NCBI GenBank assembly: GCA_965199855.1
Contig: OZ241326.1
Location: 2,816,001 to 2,880,000 of the forward strand
DNA from: a bacterium
Lineage (GTDB): Bacteria > UBA8248
DNA: 64,000 bases
Reading direction: 5' to 3'
Part shown: piece by piece, positions 37,298-46,419 of the stretch
How positions within the stretch are numbered: position 1 is the stretch's first letter
Layout of the letters: the number at the start of each line of letters is the position of its first letter
The notes under the pieces: model-generated
Database searches by the model: none
What the model saw: the letters and a program-made list of their open reading frames with translations, nothing else
Told to the model about the DNA's origin: nothing
Made by a program: the position numbers and the translations under genes

Positions 37298-40200
37298 TCA
37301 GCCCGGCTCCCCGACGCCCGGATCCGGCAGGTCCTGGACGATTTTCACGGTCTCGAGGCTTACGGCGATGACCTTCCCGACGAGCCGGACGATACGCTTC
37401 GGGTCGTCCTTCCGGTTCGGGTCGCTGACGATGCCGCTTCGCCTGTCCGTCCTCACCCGGTATTGGTCGATCACCCATTCGAGCGCGGAGCGGTTGCCGA
37501 GCCGATACTGAAACGCCTCCGGCGGAACTCCCTCGAGGGCGAGAAAATCGTTGTAGCGGATGCTCGTCCCGTCCTTCGAGAGCCGCATCCTCTCCACGCG
37601 CCAGTCGAGCGGCGCGCCCGGCTTTTCGACGAAGGCGAGGGGATGCTCCGCCATATCCTCGTAGCCCGTGTGAATTTCCGCCAGCCGGCGCCCCGCCTCC
37701 GAGAACGCGCGGAAGTCCAGGGCGAAGGGGAGGCGCGGCAGGTCGCGCCTGAGGTTCGCCCGATAGCGCTCCCGCCAGGCCGGGTGATGCAGAAGCCCAT
37801 AGACGTAGTGGAAGACGTCGCGCTTCGTGATGGCGTCGTCCGCATAGCGCGCGCGGAAGCGCGCCAGCGCCCAGTCGGTAACGTTCTCCCGGCGTCCCGT
37901 TCCGTCCTCGGCGTAGGCGTAGAAAGGGAAGCACTGCGTATTTTCGATGAGGTGAAGACACGGAATCGCCTTTGTCATCAAGGCATGAAAGGGCTTGTTG
38001 CTTCCAGGCCCACTGACGCAAATCACGCGATTTTCCGCTTCGGTTTCTGGCGTGGGGAAGATGGAGGGAAACACATAAACCCTCTGGTTCATCACCCTGT
38101 CGAAGTAGAGATTCGTTTTCGTAAAGGGGCGATAGTGGAATTCCCTTACCTTGCATTCTGAAAAATCAACAGTTTTCCCATTTCTCAGTTCCTTCTTCAG
38201 GACATCCGTCCATTTGATTTTCCTGTCATCGGACGCCACGAAATGATCTACGTTCGCGTCCCTGTCCTCGCGCCGCTCCCATTTGAGCGTTTGCTCGTTG
38301 TAGAAGGCGATCATCCGGCTCATGTTCCCGGCGAGCGCGCCCCGGTCGAAGTTGCAGGCCCATGCGTCTCGATTCGTCGTCACTCCCAGGCTGTAGGTCT
38401 TGAAAATCGCTTCCGCCGCCTCGCCCTTCGCCGCCTTCGCTTCCTTCGTTCCCAACGGAGTGAAAGCCGCGAATTCCGGGCGCAGCCCCTCCGTGAACCA
38501 GGTATGCCGCTCGTCCGGCGTTAGCGGCCGCCACGCCACGTTGCCTGAATGCCGGCGTTCGTTCAGAAAATCGAATTTCTGTTTTTTGGTCCACAGGTCA
38601 TCGGTTCGATGGTAGAAGATGCGGGCCTTCTCTGATGGCTTCCCTTTTCTCTTTACGAAAAAACTGACGCTCACGCCGACCCGGATGCCGAACACGTTGG
38701 AGTCCGACACCTTCAGCTCCTTGCGCGCGTTTCCGCCCAAATCGAGGACATAGATCGCGTTGAAATCACCGGCCAAATGCTTCCGCATCCCGTCGAACGC
38801 CAGGCCGTCCAGAAATCCGTTGTTGGTGACGAAGGCGACCACGCCCTCCTCGCCGATTCTGTCCGACGCCCAGCGAATCGCCTTGACGTAAGGGTCGTAG
38901 AGTTTGTTCTTGAGCGTGGCTTGCGAGTCCCTGGCGTAGGTTTCCTTGACGCGCGCGTCCATCGTCTCGTATCTGCGGTTCCTGTTGTTGTCGTTCTCGT
39001 TCACCTGTCCCATGTTGTAGGGCGGGTTTCCGATGACGACGAACATGGGCGCCGCCTTCTGCCGCTCGACCCGCGCCGCGTTCTCCTCGGCGAAGAGCGG
39101 CCGCTGGCGCTCCTCGGCCAGCTCGAAAGTGTCCACCAGGCAAAGCCCCCCGAAAGGCCGGTAGCTTCCCGTCGCCTCGTAGAACTCGCGCTCGATGTTC
39201 ATGCTGGCGATGTAGTAGGGCAGGAGCATCACCTCGTTGCAGTGGAGCTCATTCGCGTATTTCTCCTCCAGCGCGGTCTTCCTGATCTCGCGCATGACGC
39301 GCACCATGAAGTTGCCCGTCCCCACGAAGGGGTCGATGACGTGGACGCCCGGGGCTGAGAGCGAGCGGCCGAACTCCGTCCGCAGCAGCTCCTCCACGCT
39401 CCGCGCCATGAAATCGACAATCGGCTGCGGCGTATAGACGACGCCGTGCGTGTCGGCGACCTCGACCGAGAAGCCCTGGAAGAACTGCTCGTAGACCGTG
39501 TTGAGGAAGTGCTGCTTCTGCGAGAAGTCGCCTATCGCCGCCGCCGTCCGCTCGATGGCCCCGTAGAAGCGATCGAGGCTTTTCAGGAAGTCCGCGCGGC
39601 TGAACGACTTCGAGGTGAGGGCGTCGATGACCTTCTCGATCTCGCCGGCGATGACGTTGCGGTGGGCGAAGTCGGGATTGCCGAATACGGTGCGGAAAAT
39701 CCGCTCGGTCAGCAGGTGCTGGACGAGCATCTCCTCGACCGCCGCTTCCGCGAGGTCGGGGTTTATCGCCAGCCGGCATTTTTCGAGAAAGCCGGCGAAG
39801 GCGGCGGCGAACCCGCGGCTGCCCTCCCGCTCCCTGCGGATGAGCCTCGCCAGGCCGCGCCCGATGTCGGGCACCCTGTCCCTGAAGCGCGCGACCGCCT
39901 CCTCCCATTCGGCGATCTCCTGCGGACGCCAGGAGAAGAACGCCTCGAGCGCCTCGATCAGCCGCTTCGGGTCGCCCAGATCGCTGTCGAGGACGGGCCG
40001 GCCGTTCTGCCAGAGGATGGCGCGGCGGGGCGTCTGAAAGAGAATGTTGTCGCGCGGGTAGCCCGCCTCGAACTTGCGCCGGACCTCCCCGGCCAGGTCG
40101 TCGTGAACGTCCTTCGCCTCCCACCAGCCGTGGGCGAGGCCGAAGGCGTCGATGAGCGCGCCGTCCACGACGACGCGCCCCCCGCTTCGGAGGGAGACGG

Positions 40201-40372
40201 GGTGCTCCGGCGCGAGCGTCCACTTGCGCTTTCCCGCGCAGAACTCCAGCAGCGCCTGAAAGGCCGAGCGCACCGCCGTCTCGCGCGTGACGCCGAGCCG
40301 CTCGAAGTCGGCGAGCGATTCGTAATATGTCCTAACGGCCTTGTGCGAGGGCCTGAGGCCGAGGGTCGCCAT
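37298..40372 (-). CDS. Type IIG restriction-modification enzyme with Type ISP-like C-terminal recognition region, no helicase
   Basis: Start re-set to MATLGLRPS. VDG...WEAKD nuclease motif, GVVYTP, IDPFVGTGNF, VIGNPPY, YRPF, QCFPFY, YVYGLLH, Y.LGNRSALEWVIDQY. Confidence 0.85.
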   Translation of the reverse strand: MATLGLRPSHKAVRTYYESLADFERLGVTRETAVRSAFQALLEFCAGKRKWTLAPEHPVSLRSGGRVVVDGALIDAFGLAHGWWEAKDVHDDLAGEVRRKFEAGYPRDNILFQTPRRAILWQNGRPVLDSDLGDPKRLIEALEAFFSWRPQEIAEWEEAVARFRDRVPDIGRGLARLIRREREGSRGFAAAFAGFLEKCRLAINPDLAEAAVEEMLVQHLLTERIFRTVFGNPDFAHRNVIAGEIEKVIDALTSKSFSRADFLKSLDRFYGAIERTAAAIGDFSQKQHFLNTVYEQFFQGFSVEVADTHGVVYTPQPIVDFMARSVEELLRTEFGRSLSAPGVHVIDPFVGTGNFMVRVMREIRKTALEEKYANELHCNEVMLLPYYIASMNIEREFYEATGSYRPFGGLCLVDTFELAEERQRPLFAEENAARVERQKAAPMFVVIGNPPYNMGQVNENDNNRNRRYETMDARVKETYARDSQATLKNKLYDPYVKAIRWASDRIGEEGVVAFVTNNGFLDGLAFDGMRKHLAGDFNAIYVLDLGGNARKELKVSDSNVFGIRVGVSVSFFVKRKGKPSEKARIFYHRTDDLWTKKQKFDFLNERRHSGNVAWRPLTPDERHTWFTEGLRPEFAAFTPLGTKEAKAAKGEAAEAIFKTYSLGVTTNRDAWACNFDRGALAGNMSRMIAFYNEQTLKWERREDRDANVDHFVASDDRKIKWTDVLKKELRNGKTVDFSECKVREFHYRPFTKTNLYFDRVMNQRVYVFPSIFPTPETEAENRVICVSGPGSNKPFHALMTKAIPCLHLIENTQCFPFYAYAEDGTGRRENVTDWALARFRARYADDAITKRDVFHYVYGLLHHPAWRERYRANLRRDLPRLPFALDFRAFSEAGRRLAEIHTGYEDMAEHPLAFVEKPGAPLDWRVERMRLSKDGTSIRYNDFLALEGVPPEAFQYRLGNRSALEWVIDQYRVRTDRRSGIVSDPNRKDDPKRIVRLVGKVIAVSLETVKIVQDLPDPGVGEPG

Positions 40373-40546
40373 GTCTCGCCGGGTCTCTCGTCGGGGGCGG
40401 AGCGCGCCATGCGCCGGCCTGAACGCCTCCATTCTAATACGCCGCCGCCTGAAGTCGAACCCGCGCCCCCCGTTTGCGCGCGCCGCCGCTTCGGGGGAAT
40501 ATGCGGGGCGAGCAGGCGCCCGCGCCGTCCGGGGGAACGACTCGTT

Positions 40547-40936
40547 ATGCGGCGAAAAATCTCCCGCCCCTTCTTCCTGACGCTGGGGCTTCTCTCCCTG
40601 GGGCTGGGCGTCATCGGCGTTTTCCTGCCCGTCCTCCCCACCACGCCCTTCATTCTGCTCGCCGCCTTCGCCTTCTCCCGAAGCTCGAAGCGGCTCCACG
40701 CCTGGCTGATGAACCACAGATACTACGGCCCCCTCATCTCGAACTGGCAAAGGCACGGCGTCATCCGCCCCCGCGTCAAATGGACGGCCGCCCTGCTCAT
40801 TCTCGCGCTGGCGGGCTCCTCCATTCTCCTTCTCGACGCGCCCGCCTGGGCGAAAGCCCTGCTCGCCCTCGTCTGCGGGTGCGTCCTCTGCTTCATTCTC
40901 ACCCGCCCGGGCGCGATTCCGGAGGAGAGCGGCTGA
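40547..40936 (+). CDS. YbaN/DUF454 family membrane protein
   Basis: LGVIGVFLPVLPTTPFILLAAFAFSRSS.RLHAWL...YGP.I.NW. Confidence 0.9.
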   Translation: MRRKISRPFFLTLGLLSLGLGVIGVFLPVLPTTPFILLAAFAFSRSSKRLHAWLMNHRYYGPLISNWQRHGVIRPRVKWTAALLILALAGSSILLLDAPAWAKALLALVCGCVLCFILTRPGAIPEESG

Positions 40937-40996
40937 GGGCGGCCGCCGCGGAGAGAAGGGACGCGAGAAAAAATCAAACCCTCGAAGGAGAAGCCC

Positions 40997-41389
40997 ATGA
41001 GCGAGGAGCGCTACGAGAAGGGACTGGAGATCAGAAAATCCCTGGGAATCTACGGGGAGGACGGCTTCGCCGGCGCGTTCACGGAGCTGCGGGAGGTCGC
41101 CCCGGCCCACGCCCGCGCCATCGTGGAATACTGCTTCGGAACCTGCTGGAGCCAGCCCCTGCTCGACCGGCGGACGCGCGAGATGCTCGTTCTCGCGGCG
41201 ACGGCGGCGCAGGACCTCCCGGCCGAGGTGGAGATTCACGCCGAGGGGCTGCTGAACCAGGGAGCGGCGCCGGAGGAGGTGATAGAGGCCATCGTCTCCC
41301 TGTGCCCCTACATCGGCTTCCCGAAGACGAACCACGCCCTGCGCGCGGCGAAAAGCGCCATCGAGAAAAAGAAGGCGGAGAGCGCCTGA
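40997..41389 (+). CDS. Carboxymuconolactone decarboxylase family protein
   Basis: ERYEKGLEIR, EYCFG..W, LDRRTREM, EIH...LNQG..PEE, YIGFP. Confidence 0.85.
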   Translation: MSEERYEKGLEIRKSLGIYGEDGFAGAFTELREVAPAHARAIVEYCFGTCWSQPLLDRRTREMLVLAATAAQDLPAEVEIHAEGLLNQGAAPEEVIEAIVSLCPYIGFPKTNHALRAAKSAIEKKKAESA

Positions 41390-41526
41390 GCCCGCGGGAG
41401 GCGCGCGCGGGTCGGGGGAGTTTCCGCGAAGACGATGATATATTGAACGCCCACGCGAGGCGGCGAACCTTTCAGCGCGCGTCGAATCCGCCGGCGCCTT
41501 CACGAGAATCCATAGGGGAACGCGGG

Positions 41527-42555
41527 GTGAGCGAGGTGGATGAATTCGAGTTTTTCATGGAAAAGCCCTGGTCGGACGGCCTGCCGGTGGTCCCGCCGAC
41601 GGAGGCGCGCGTCTCGCGGATGCTCGAAGGGACGCGGAGGCCGCCCGATGAGGTCATCGGCCCCGTCCCGCCCCTGGGAGAAGTCGCCACCGCGCGCGAC
41701 GCCGCCGTCCACGCCGTCATGGCGGGGTGCAGGCCGGAATACCTCCCCGTCGTCATCGAGGGGCTGGCGCTCATGCTGGAGGAGCCGCTCAACCTGGGCG
41801 GCGTCCAGGCGACCATGCACAGCGTCGCCCCCCTGCTGATCCTGAACGGCCCCTACGCGAAGCGCATCGGGGTGACGGGCGGGGCGGGGTGCTTCGGCCC
41901 CGGCTTCCGCGCGAACGCCGCCATCGGCCGCGCCATCCGCCTGATGCTCCTCAACCTGGGCGGGGGCGTCGCGCGCTCGGGCTCCATGACCATCTTCGGC
42001 CAGCCCTCGCGCTTCACCTTCTGCGTGGCGGAGAACGAGGAGGCGAGCCCCTGGGAGTCGCTCGCCGTCTCGCGGGGCTACGCCGCCGACGAGGACGTGA
42101 TGACCGCCGTCATGGTCGAGAACCCCCACATCGTCTTCAACGACGTGGACCGCGACCCGAAGCGCCTCCTCGTCTCCCACATGGACACCATGGCGGCGAT
42201 GGGCTCCTGGCCCATCTGGGTGCGCTCGGACGTCGCGCTCGTCCTCTCGCCGGAGCACGCCCGCCTCTGCGCGCGGGCGGGCTTCTCCCGCGCGGACGTT
42301 CACGCCTACGTGCGCGAGAACGCCGGGCGGACGGCAGGCGAACTCAAGCGGGGCGGCCCCTGGCGCGAGGACAGGCCGAACGGGCGGTGGAGCTATCCCG
42401 TGGACAGGGAGGACGACGACTTCTTCATCCGGGTGATCAACGAGCCCGAGGATCTGCACCTGATCGTCGCCGGAGGCGAGGGCCCGCTGGGCGCGGTGAT
42501 GCCGGGCTGGAACGGGGCGAGCCGCGCCGTTCACCGGGCGTATCGGCCCCGGTAG
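41527..42555 (+). CDS. Hypothetical protein (WxDGLPVVPPT family)
   Basis: GTG start. WSDGLPVVPPT, AVMAGCRPEY, QAT, GPGFRANAAIGRA, AENEE.SPW, LIVAGG. Confidence 0.75.
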   Translation: MSEVDEFEFFMEKPWSDGLPVVPPTEARVSRMLEGTRRPPDEVIGPVPPLGEVATARDAAVHAVMAGCRPEYLPVVIEGLALMLEEPLNLGGVQATMHSVAPLLILNGPYAKRIGVTGGAGCFGPGFRANAAIGRAIRLMLLNLGGGVARSGSMTIFGQPSRFTFCVAENEEASPWESLAVSRGYAADEDVMTAVMVENPHIVFNDVDRDPKRLLVSHMDTMAAMGSWPIWVRSDVALVLSPEHARLCARAGFSRADVHAYVRENAGRTAGELKRGGPWREDRPNGRWSYPVDREDDDFFIRVINEPEDLHLIVAGGEGPLGAVMPGWNGASRAVHRAYRPR

Positions 42556-42591
42556 CGGCCGCGCCGCCGGTTCCGGCGCGCGGGCGGCGCC

Positions 42592-44865
42592 TCACTTCCG
42601 CGCTTCTTCAATCGCCTCGAGCACGCGCTCCGGGCTGATGGGCAGGCTGCGGACGCGCGCCCCGCCCGTCGCGTGGCAGACGGCGTTGCAGACCGCCGCC
42701 GAGATCGGGTTGATCGCCACCTCGGCCAGCCCCTTGGCGCCGAAGGGCCCGTGCGGGTCCATGGACTCGAAGAAGTCGTGCTCGATCGGCGGAGCGTCCA
42801 TCGAGGTGGCCATGAGATAGTCGTGGAAATTCGTTCCCCGCAGGCGCCCCTCGACCGGCGCGAGATTCTCCATCATCGCGAAGCTCATCCCCTGCACCGC
42901 GCCGCCCTCGACCTGTCCCTCCGCCCCCAGCCTGTTGATCACCCGGCCCGGGTCGTGGCCGCAGCAGATCCGCAGAACGGTCACGACGCCCGTCTCCATG
43001 TCCACTTCCACCTCGGCGGCGTGGGTGCTGAAGGAGTAGGTGGTCGAGGCGTTTCCGTATTTGTCCCGTCCCGGCACGACGCCGCCGGCGAGCCATTTTC
43101 CGCCGCCCTCCACCGCCCCGCCCGACCGCCTGGCGACCTCGCCCACGGACATCCTGCGCTCGGGGAGAGCCTTCGCCTGAATCTCTCCCTCGACGATATC
43201 GAGTTCGTTCGCGGGAATCTCCATGAGCTCCGCCGCCGCCTCGAGAAGGTTCTCGCGCGCGGCCTCGGCGGCGCGCTTCACGGCGTTTCCGCCGATGAGG
43301 GTGATGCGGCTGGCGAACGCCCCCAGGCCGAAGGGCATGATATCCGTATCCGTGGGCGGCACGCGGAACCGCTCAGCGGGAATCCCCATGACCTCCGCGG
43401 CGATGTAGGCCATCACGTTCGCGGAGCCCTGGCCCAGGTCCGACTCGCCCGAGCGGATTTCGACCCCGCCCTCCGCGTCCACGCGAACCACGGCGCTCGA
43501 GGGCTCCTCGCCGTCCGTCCGCCCGAGGCCGACGCCCGCGGCCTTGTTCCCCGAAACGTGGATGCAGCTGGCGAGGCCCACGCCGCGCCCCGCGCCCCCC
43601 CGGGCGCGCCCGGCCTTCCAGTCGATTTTCTCCATCACGTATCGCGTCGCGTCGGCCACGGCGCAGCTCGCTATCTCCCAGCCGTGAAGCGAGACGTCGC
43701 CCTTTTCGGTGTAGTTCCTCAGGCGCAGCTCCGCCGGGTCCATCCCCAGGCCGTCGGCCACGCCGTCGAGGTGGCTCTCCCAGGCGTAGGTCGCCTGCAC
43801 GTTGCCGAAGCCGCGCATCTGGCCCGAGGGGATGACGTTCGTGTAGAGGAGCTTCCCCCGAATCTCCACGGCGGGCGTCCTGTAGAGGTTGTCCGGCCGG
43901 AGCGATACGGAGCTCATGATGGAGGGAGAGAGCGAGCTGTAGGCGCCGTTTTCCGCCACGACGCCGACCCGCTTGCCCGCGAGCTTCCCCTCGCGCGTCC
44001 AGGCGGACTCGAGGGAGATGTGCGTCGGCATCCGCGGACGCATGGCGATGAGGTCCTCCTCCAGGCTCAGCATGAACCGGACGGGCCTCCTCGCCGCCCG
44101 GCTCAGCATCGCCGCCAGAAGCGCCGCCTTCACGTCGAGCTTTCCGCCGAAGGCGCCGCCCGGCTTGGTCTGCACCACGCGGAAGTCGTCGGGCGCCATG
44201 CCCATGGCGGGGGCGAGCATGAACAGGCGAATCACGAACGCCGACTGGAGGCAGCCCCAGATGGTGATTCTCCCGTCGGGATGCCATTGCGCGGCGCAGC
44301 CCGTGGGCTCGAGATACGCCTGGTGCGCGAGGTGGGTGTGAAACTCCTCTTCGAACCGGGCGTGGGCCGCCTCGAAGGCCGCGTCCACCTCGCCGCGCCG
44401 GATGTGAAACTCGTTCGCCGCGTTTCCGGGGACGGAATCATGGACGAGGGGCGCGTCCGGCGCCTGCGCCATGAAGGGGTCCGCCACCGTGGGCAAAACC
44501 TCGTATTCCACGCGGATGAGGGAGAGCGCCTCGCGCGCCGCGTCCTCGTCCGCGGCCGCCACGGCGGCGATCTCATCCCCCGCGTAGCGCGCCTTCTCCC
44601 GGCAGATCGCGGTCTCGTCCTTGTCTATGATGCCGAAGGGCGCGTCCGGCGTGTTGTTTCGGGAGAGGACGGCGGCGACGCCCGGCAGACGCTCGGCCGC
44701 CGAGGCGTCCACGTTCAGTATCCTCGCGTGGGGGTGGGGGCTCCTGAGCGCCATGCCGGTGAGCGCGCCCGGAAGCGCCATGTCGTCGATGAAGGTCGTC
44801 GCGCCGGCGACCTTCTCCACGGCGTCGATGCCCGGATGGGGCCGGCCCACGACGCGCGCGCTCAT
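42592..44865 (-). CDS. Xanthine-dehydrogenase-family molybdopterin-binding subunit
   Basis: Start re-set to MSARVVG. LRSPHPHARI, HQAYLEP, GGAFGGK, MRGFG, DLGQG, GQVEGG, GPFGAKGLAE. Confidence 0.92.
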   Translation of the reverse strand: MSARVVGRPHPGIDAVEKVAGATTFIDDMALPGALTGMALRSPHPHARILNVDASAAERLPGVAAVLSRNNTPDAPFGIIDKDETAICREKARYAGDEIAAVAAADEDAAREALSLIRVEYEVLPTVADPFMAQAPDAPLVHDSVPGNAANEFHIRRGEVDAAFEAAHARFEEEFHTHLAHQAYLEPTGCAAQWHPDGRITIWGCLQSAFVIRLFMLAPAMGMAPDDFRVVQTKPGGAFGGKLDVKAALLAAMLSRAARRPVRFMLSLEEDLIAMRPRMPTHISLESAWTREGKLAGKRVGVVAENGAYSSLSPSIMSSVSLRPDNLYRTPAVEIRGKLLYTNVIPSGQMRGFGNVQATYAWESHLDGVADGLGMDPAELRLRNYTEKGDVSLHGWEIASCAVADATRYVMEKIDWKAGRARGGAGRGVGLASCIHVSGNKAAGVGLGRTDGEEPSSAVVRVDAEGGVEIRSGESDLGQGSANVMAYIAAEVMGIPAERFRVPPTDTDIMPFGLGAFASRITLIGGNAVKRAAEAARENLLEAAAELMEIPANELDIVEGEIQAKALPERRMSVGEVARRSGGAVEGGGKWLAGGVVPGRDKYGNASTTYSFSTHAAEVEVDMETGVVTVLRICCGHDPGRVINRLGAEGQVEGGAVQGMSFAMMENLAPVEGRLRGTNFHDYLMATSMDAPPIEHDFFESMDPHGPFGAKGLAEVAINPISAAVCNAVCHATGGARVRSLPISPERVLEAIEEARK

Positions 44866-45353
44866 GCGTCCTCCCCCCCGACCATCTGGCGGGCGGCGGC
44901 CTCGACGGCCTCGAAAATTTTCTTGTAGCCCGTGCAGCGGCAAAGATTTCCCGCGAGGCCGCGCCGGATTTCCTCGCGCGTGGGCGCGGGGTTCTCGTCG
45001 AGAAGCGCCTTCGCCGCCACCACGATCCCCGGCGTGCAGAAGCCGCACTGCACGCCGCCCTTTTCGACGAGCTGCGCCTGAATCGGATGAAGATCCTCCT
45101 CCGTGCCGATGCCGCGCACGGTGACGACCTCGGCGCCTTCGGCCTGAGCGGCGAAGACGAGGCAGGCGTTCACCGCCGCGCCGTCGAGCAGAACGGCGCA
45201 CGCCCCGCAGTCGCCCCCCTCGCAGCTGAGCTTCACCTCCACGTAGCCGATGCGCCTGAGCGCGCGCAGGAGCGTCTCCTCTCCGCGCGCCGCGAGGGTT
45301 TCTTCCTTTCCGTTGACGCGCAGCCTTATCTCCCGCATATCCCGCTCGCTCAT
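44862..45353 (-). CDS. [2Fe-2S] subunit (CoxS/XdhC-like)
   Basis: CEGGDCGAC...C, QCGFCTPG, NLCRCTGY. Confidence 0.95.
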   Translation of the reverse strand: MSERDMREIRLRVNGKEETLAARGEETLLRALRRIGYVEVKLSCEGGDCGACAVLLDGAAVNACLVFAAQAEGAEVVTVRGIGTEEDLHPIQAQLVEKGGVQCGFCTPGIVVAAKALLDENPAPTREEIRRGLAGNLCRCTGYKKIFEAVEAAARQMVGGEDA

Positions 45354-45384
45354 CGCCTCTGCGCCTCGCGCCCGGAAGCGCCCG

Positions 45385-46239
45385 TCACGCCACCGCCGCC
45401 TGCGGCATCCCCAGCGCCTTTCTCAGCAGGCGGCGAACCAGCACGCCGCACATCTTCCGGCGATACGCCGCCGACGCCCGCAAGTCGTCAATCGGCCGCG
45501 CGCTTTCGGCCGCCGCCGCGGCGGCCGCCTCGATTTCCGCCTCCCCGATCTCCCGTCCGCGAAGATGCGCCTCGGCCGCCCGCGCGCGATAGGGGACGGC
45601 GGCCACCGACCCCAGACCGATGGCGGCCTCCTCGCAAGCCTCCCCCTTCATTCTGAGGGAGACGGCCACGCCGACCAGGGCGATCGCCATCGCCCGCCTG
45701 AGCTGGAGCTTGCAGTAGGCGCTTCGATCCTCCGGCGCCAGCGGGCGAATGACGACGGCCGTCAAGAGCTCCTCCGGCCGAGCGGCCGTCTTTCGGTAGT
45801 CCAGGAAGAATTCGTCGAGCGGCACGGAGCGCGCGCCCTCCGTCGAGGCCAGCTCGACGACGCCCCCCTGCGCCAGCAGGGGCGGCGCCAGATCGGCGGC
45901 GGGCGAGGCGTCCATCAGGTTGCCCGCCACGCTCGCGCGGTTTCGCACCAGAGGCCCCGCGAACTCGAGGGCGCTCTCATACAGGGGCGGGGCGGCTTCG
46001 CGCGCCAGCTCGGAGGCCAGCAGGTCCGAGACCGTCGCCAGCGCCCCGATCCGCACCTTCCCGTCCGCCTCCTCGATGAAGCGAAGCTCCCCGAGGCGGC
46101 TGATGTCCACCGCGCGCGCGATTTTCTTCCGTCCGAAGAGCACGTCGGGCACGAGGTTCGTGCCGCCCGCCACGAAGGCGGCCCCCTCCGCCGCGGCGGC
46201 CAGCGCCTCCTCCACCGATGCGGCCCGCAAGAGCTCCAT
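45385..46239 (-). CDS. FAD-binding subunit (CoxM/XdhB-like)
   Basis: Start re-set to MELLRAA. AGGTNL, VRNRASVAGNL..ASPAAD, PIDD.RAS..YR. Confidence 0.92.
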   Translation of the reverse strand: MELLRAASVEEALAAAAEGAAFVAGGTNLVPDVLFGRKKIARAVDISRLGELRFIEEADGKVRIGALATVSDLLASELAREAAPPLYESALEFAGPLVRNRASVAGNLMDASPAADLAPPLLAQGGVVELASTEGARSVPLDEFFLDYRKTAARPEELLTAVVIRPLAPEDRSAYCKLQLRRAMAIALVGVAVSLRMKGEACEEAAIGLGSVAAVPYRARAAEAHLRGREIGEAEIEAAAAAAAESARPIDDLRASAAYRRKMCGVLVRRLLRKALGMPQAAVA

Positions 46240-46419
46240 GTCCCGCTCCTCGAAATTACGCCCCGGCGCGGCGCCGGAGCATCCCCGCCGCGCCGATTCC
46301 ATAGGGAACGGCGCCCGCCTTCCCGATGCGAATCAGCGACATGAACACGGGCGTGCGGACGATCTGGCCGATCAGCTCCCGCTGCGCCGCGCAGCCGACG
46401 CAGAGCATGGCGGCCGGCG

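Noticed and set aside
37298-41503. 1401-aa version of the R-M enzyme
   Set aside because: The upstream extension overlaps the plus-strand ybaN-like and CMD genes; the real start is near 40372.
42592-46239. Call as 4-hydroxybenzoyl-CoA reductase or CO dehydrogenase
   Set aside because: The FAD subunit lacks the Fe-S insert of HcrB and the large subunit lacks the CoxL AYxCSFR motif, so the call is left at family level.
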